NCBI GenBank assembly: GCA_963524945.1
Contig: CAURJV010000011.1
Span: forward strand, 28,085 to 92,084
Origin: an uncultured Clostridium sp.
GTDB taxonomy: Bacteria > Bacillota > Clostridia > Clostridiales > Clostridiaceae
Length of the DNA stretch: 64,000 nucleotides
Reading direction: 5' to 3'
Shown here: positions 61,481 through 64,000 of the stretch, in pieces
Layout of the letters: each line of letters starts with the position of its first letter
Numbering within the stretch: position 1 is the stretch's first letter
Program-made: the position numbers and the translations under genes
Notes under the pieces: generated by a model
The model's input: only the letters and a program-made list of their open reading frames with translations
Told to the model about the DNA's origin: nothing
Database searches by the model: none

Positions 61481-62929
61481 GTGAAATTAAATAAGGAATT
61501 ATATAAAGAATTTAAAACATATCCAGAAAGAGTATTGCAATTTGGAGAAGGCAACTTTTTAAGAGCTTTTGTTGATTGGCAAATAGATAAAATGAATGAT
61601 GAAGCAGACTTTAATGGAAGTGTCGTAGTTGTTCAGCCTCTAGAAAATGGTCTTGTGGATATGCTTAATGATCAAGATTGTTTATACACTTTATATTTAC
61701 AAGGTGTGCAAAATGGGCAAGCATCAAAGACACATAAAGTGATCAACAGCATAAGTAGGGGGATTAATCCTTACAGAGATTATAATGAATATTTAAAAGT
61801 CGCAGAAAATCCAGAATTGAGATTTATAGTATCAAATACAACAGAAGCAGGAATTGCATTTGATGAAAACGATACTTTAAATGGAGGATGTCAAAAAAGT
61901 TATCCAGGTAAGTTAACTGCATTTTTATATCATAGATTTAATACATTTATGGGCGATAATAGTAAAGGATTTATTATAATCCCATGTGAGCTTATTGATA
62001 GAAATGGTGAAAAACTTAAAGAAATAGTATTAAAGTATGCAGAAATATGGAATTTAGGACAAGAGTTTTCGGATTGGATAAATAATGCTAATACTTTTTG
62101 CTGTAGCTTAGTTGATAGAATAGTTCCAGGATACCCAAGAGACACGATTGATGAAGTTAGAGCAGAACTTGGATATGATGATAATCTTGTAGATGTAGGT
62201 GAAATATTTCATCTATGGGTAATAGAAGGTCCTCAATCTATAAAAGATGAATTACCAATAGAAAAAGCAGGACTTAATGTAAAAGTTGTAGATGATATGA
62301 CACCATATAGAACAAGAAAAGTTAGAATTTTAAATGGACCTCATACAGCAATGGTTCCAGTAGCATATCTTTATGGATTAGAAACTGTAGGAGAATCTGT
62401 TGATCATGAGGTTATAGGAAAATATGTTCATGATGTAATATATGATGAAATCATAGAAACTTTAGATTTACCTCACGAAGAATTAGTGGAATTTGCAGAT
62501 GCGATTATAGAAAGATTCCAAAATCCATATGTAAAACACTATTTGATGAGTATAGCATTAAATTCGCTATCTAAATACAAAACAAGAGATTTACCAAGTT
62601 TGACTGAATATCTAAAGAGAAAAGGTACGCTTCCTAAGAAATTAGTATTCTCACTTGCATCTTTAATAGAATTCTATAAAGGAAAAAGAGGAGAAGAAGA
62701 TATTCAGTTATCAGATGATGAAGATATATTAGAATTATTTAAGGAATTATGGGGAAAACATGATGGAACAAAAGAAGGGCTAAACAAAATTGTAACTTCG
62801 GTTCTTGCATACGAAAAGAATTGGGGAAGCAATTTAAATGAAATTCCTAATTTAACTGATGAAGTTTCAAGATACCTAGAAGTAATTGAAAAAGTAGGAA
62901 TGAAAGACGCTGTTAAAGAAGTCCTATAA
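61481..62929 (+). CDS. uxaB: Tagaturonate reductase (altronate oxidoreductase)
   Basis: [40 protein letters not shown]. Confidence 0.94.
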   Translation: MKLNKELYKEFKTYPERVLQFGEGNFLRAFVDWQIDKMNDEADFNGSVVVVQPLENGLVDMLNDQDCLYTLYLQGVQNGQASKTHKVINSISRGINPYRDYNEYLKVAENPELRFIVSNTTEAGIAFDENDTLNGGCQKSYPGKLTAFLYHRFNTFMGDNSKGFIIIPCELIDRNGEKLKEIVLKYAEIWNLGQEFSDWINNANTFCCSLVDRIVPGYPRDTIDEVRAELGYDDNLVDVGEIFHLWVIEGPQSIKDELPIEKAGLNVKVVDDMTPYRTRKVRILNGPHTAMVPVAYLYGLETVGESVDHEVIGKYVHDVIYDEIIETLDLPHEELVEFADAIIERFQNPYVKHYLMSIALNSLSKYKTRDLPSLTEYLKRKGTLPKKLVFSLASLIEFYKGKRGEEDIQLSDDEDILELFKELWGKHDGTKEGLNKIVTSVLAYEKNWGSNLNEIPNLTDEVSRYLEVIEKVGMKDAVKEVL

Positions 62930-63014
62930 TGAAATTTATTATCATGCAATTAAACTTTCTTAATTGCATGATAAATAAATATATATAAAATATGATTAAT
63001 AAGGAGGTAAATAA

Positions 63015-63437
63015 ATGAGTTTTGATGAAAATTGTTTTTATTGTTCAAAGAATCAAGATTTAGATTCTTTGATGATTAAGATTTGTGATTTGGACGTATC
63101 AACAGTATATTTATTTAAGGAACAAACTTATAGTGGAAGATGTAACGTTGTTTATAAGGAACATAAAGGTGAAATAGGGGATTTGACTGAAGAGGAAGCA
63201 GCAGCTTTCATAAATGATGCTAGAAAGGTAGCTAAAGCAATCCATAAAGCGTTTAACCCTGATAAAGTAAATTATGGAGCATTTGCTGATACTATGAAAC
63301 ATCTTCATCTTCATATTGTACCTAAATATGAAGGAGGTCCATCTTGGGGGAAAACTTTTGAGATGAATCCACAAAAAGTATATTTAAGCGACGATGAATA
63401 CCAAAATCTAATTTGTAAAATAAAAGATAATTTATAG
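63015..63437 (+). CDS. HIT-family protein
   Basis: CFYC near N-terminus, HLHLHIVP triad. Confidence 0.9.
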   Translation: MSFDENCFYCSKNQDLDSLMIKICDLDVSTVYLFKEQTYSGRCNVVYKEHKGEIGDLTEEEAAAFINDARKVAKAIHKAFNPDKVNYGAFADTMKHLHLHIVPKYEGGPSWGKTFEMNPQKVYLSDDEYQNLICKIKDNL

Positions 63438-63489
63438 TATTGAATTAATGAATAAAAATTAATTAAATTAAAGATACGGAGGAAAAAGA

Positions 63490-64000
63490 ATGTTAAATTC
63501 TGTTGACAAAAACGCATCAACTAATGCTAATAATGGAAACGTTAAATTAAGTCTAAGAGAAAAAATTTCTTATGGTTTTGGAGATTTTGGTAATGGATTT
63601 ATGTTTGACTTAGGTCAATCATATCTTACAAAGTTTTTTATAGATACATGTGGAATTAGTGCCGGAGCAGTTGGTGGTATATTCGCATTTACAAAGATAT
63701 TCGATGCATTCATGGATCCATTAGCAGGATCGCTGATAGATAGTAGAAAAGCAGGCAAATCAGGAAAGTTTAGACCTGTAATGATGATTTCAAGTATAAT
63801 TCTTGCGCTACTTACAATTATTACTTTTACTATGCCTGAGATGCCACTTTCATCTAAGATTATATATGGTTATGCAACATATATGATTTGGGGTCTTGTA
63901 TACTCATTCACTAATGTTCCTTATGGATCATTGGCATCTGTTATGACAAGAGATGTAGAGGATAGAAGCCAGCTAGCTACATTTAGACAGGCAGGTTCAT
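63490..64000 (+). CDS. GPH-family (MelB/UidB-like) sugar:cation symporter, 5' part (runs off window)
   Basis: GGAGG RBS; MLNSVDK..EKISYGFGDFGNGF..IFDAFMDP..GKFRP..YSFTNVPYGSL; absent from the ORF track because truncated. Confidence 0.9.
   Translation, partial: MLNSVDKNASTNANNGNVKLSLREKISYGFGDFGNGFMFDLGQSYLTKFFIDTCGISAGAVGGIFAFTKIFDAFMDPLAGSLIDSRKAGKSGKFRPVMMISSIILALLTIITFTMPEMPLSSKIIYGYATYMIWGLVYSFTNVPYGSLASVMTRDVEDRSQLATFRQAGS

Noticed and set aside
1158..63520. Numerous 60-140-aa ORFs antisense to or out of frame within long genes
   Set aside because: Overlap well-supported CDSs; typical shadow ORFs of AT-rich coding DNA
1..64000. Prophage, IS element, rRNA or tRNA genes
   Set aside because: No integrase, transposase or phage structural ORFs and no rRNA or cloverleaf-like sequence seen by eye

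Overview
AT-rich chromosomal segment from a low-GC, spore-forming Firmicute; gene content and protein style suggest Clostridium sensu stricto, possibly the beijerinckii/saccharoperbutylacetonicum group (inference). It is mostly housekeeping and metabolic: T-box-valS, terC-like, folC, sporulation genes (pdaB-like, SASP-like, ytaF-like), a lysine/DAP cluster (dapH, aminotransferase, dapB-dapA-asd), hslO, a pseudouridine synthase, a two-component system next to a TolC-like/MFP/ABC export operon, leuA, hisC, a CobW/DUF318/TIGR03943 metal operon, two divergent DEAD-box helicases, map, recQ, sigI-rsgI, yitJ, and the start of a hexuronate locus (LacI regulator, uxaC, uxaB, HIT protein, GPH transporter). 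I found no CRISPR array, rRNA, tRNA, integrase or transposase. The most notable unexplained signals are non-coding. (1) A ~70-nt candidate small RNA upstream of sigI has a terminator loop complementary (12 of 13 nt) to the sigI ribosome-binding region. (2) The valS T-box carries a ~140-nt tandemly duplicated, structured insertion inside Stem I. (3) A group IIC intron-like 5' stub sits just after a terminator and precedes an apparently acquired alkyltransferase-family gene. (4) OmpR-type direct repeats cluster in front of the export operon. All family assignments come from motif recognition by eye; no searches were run.
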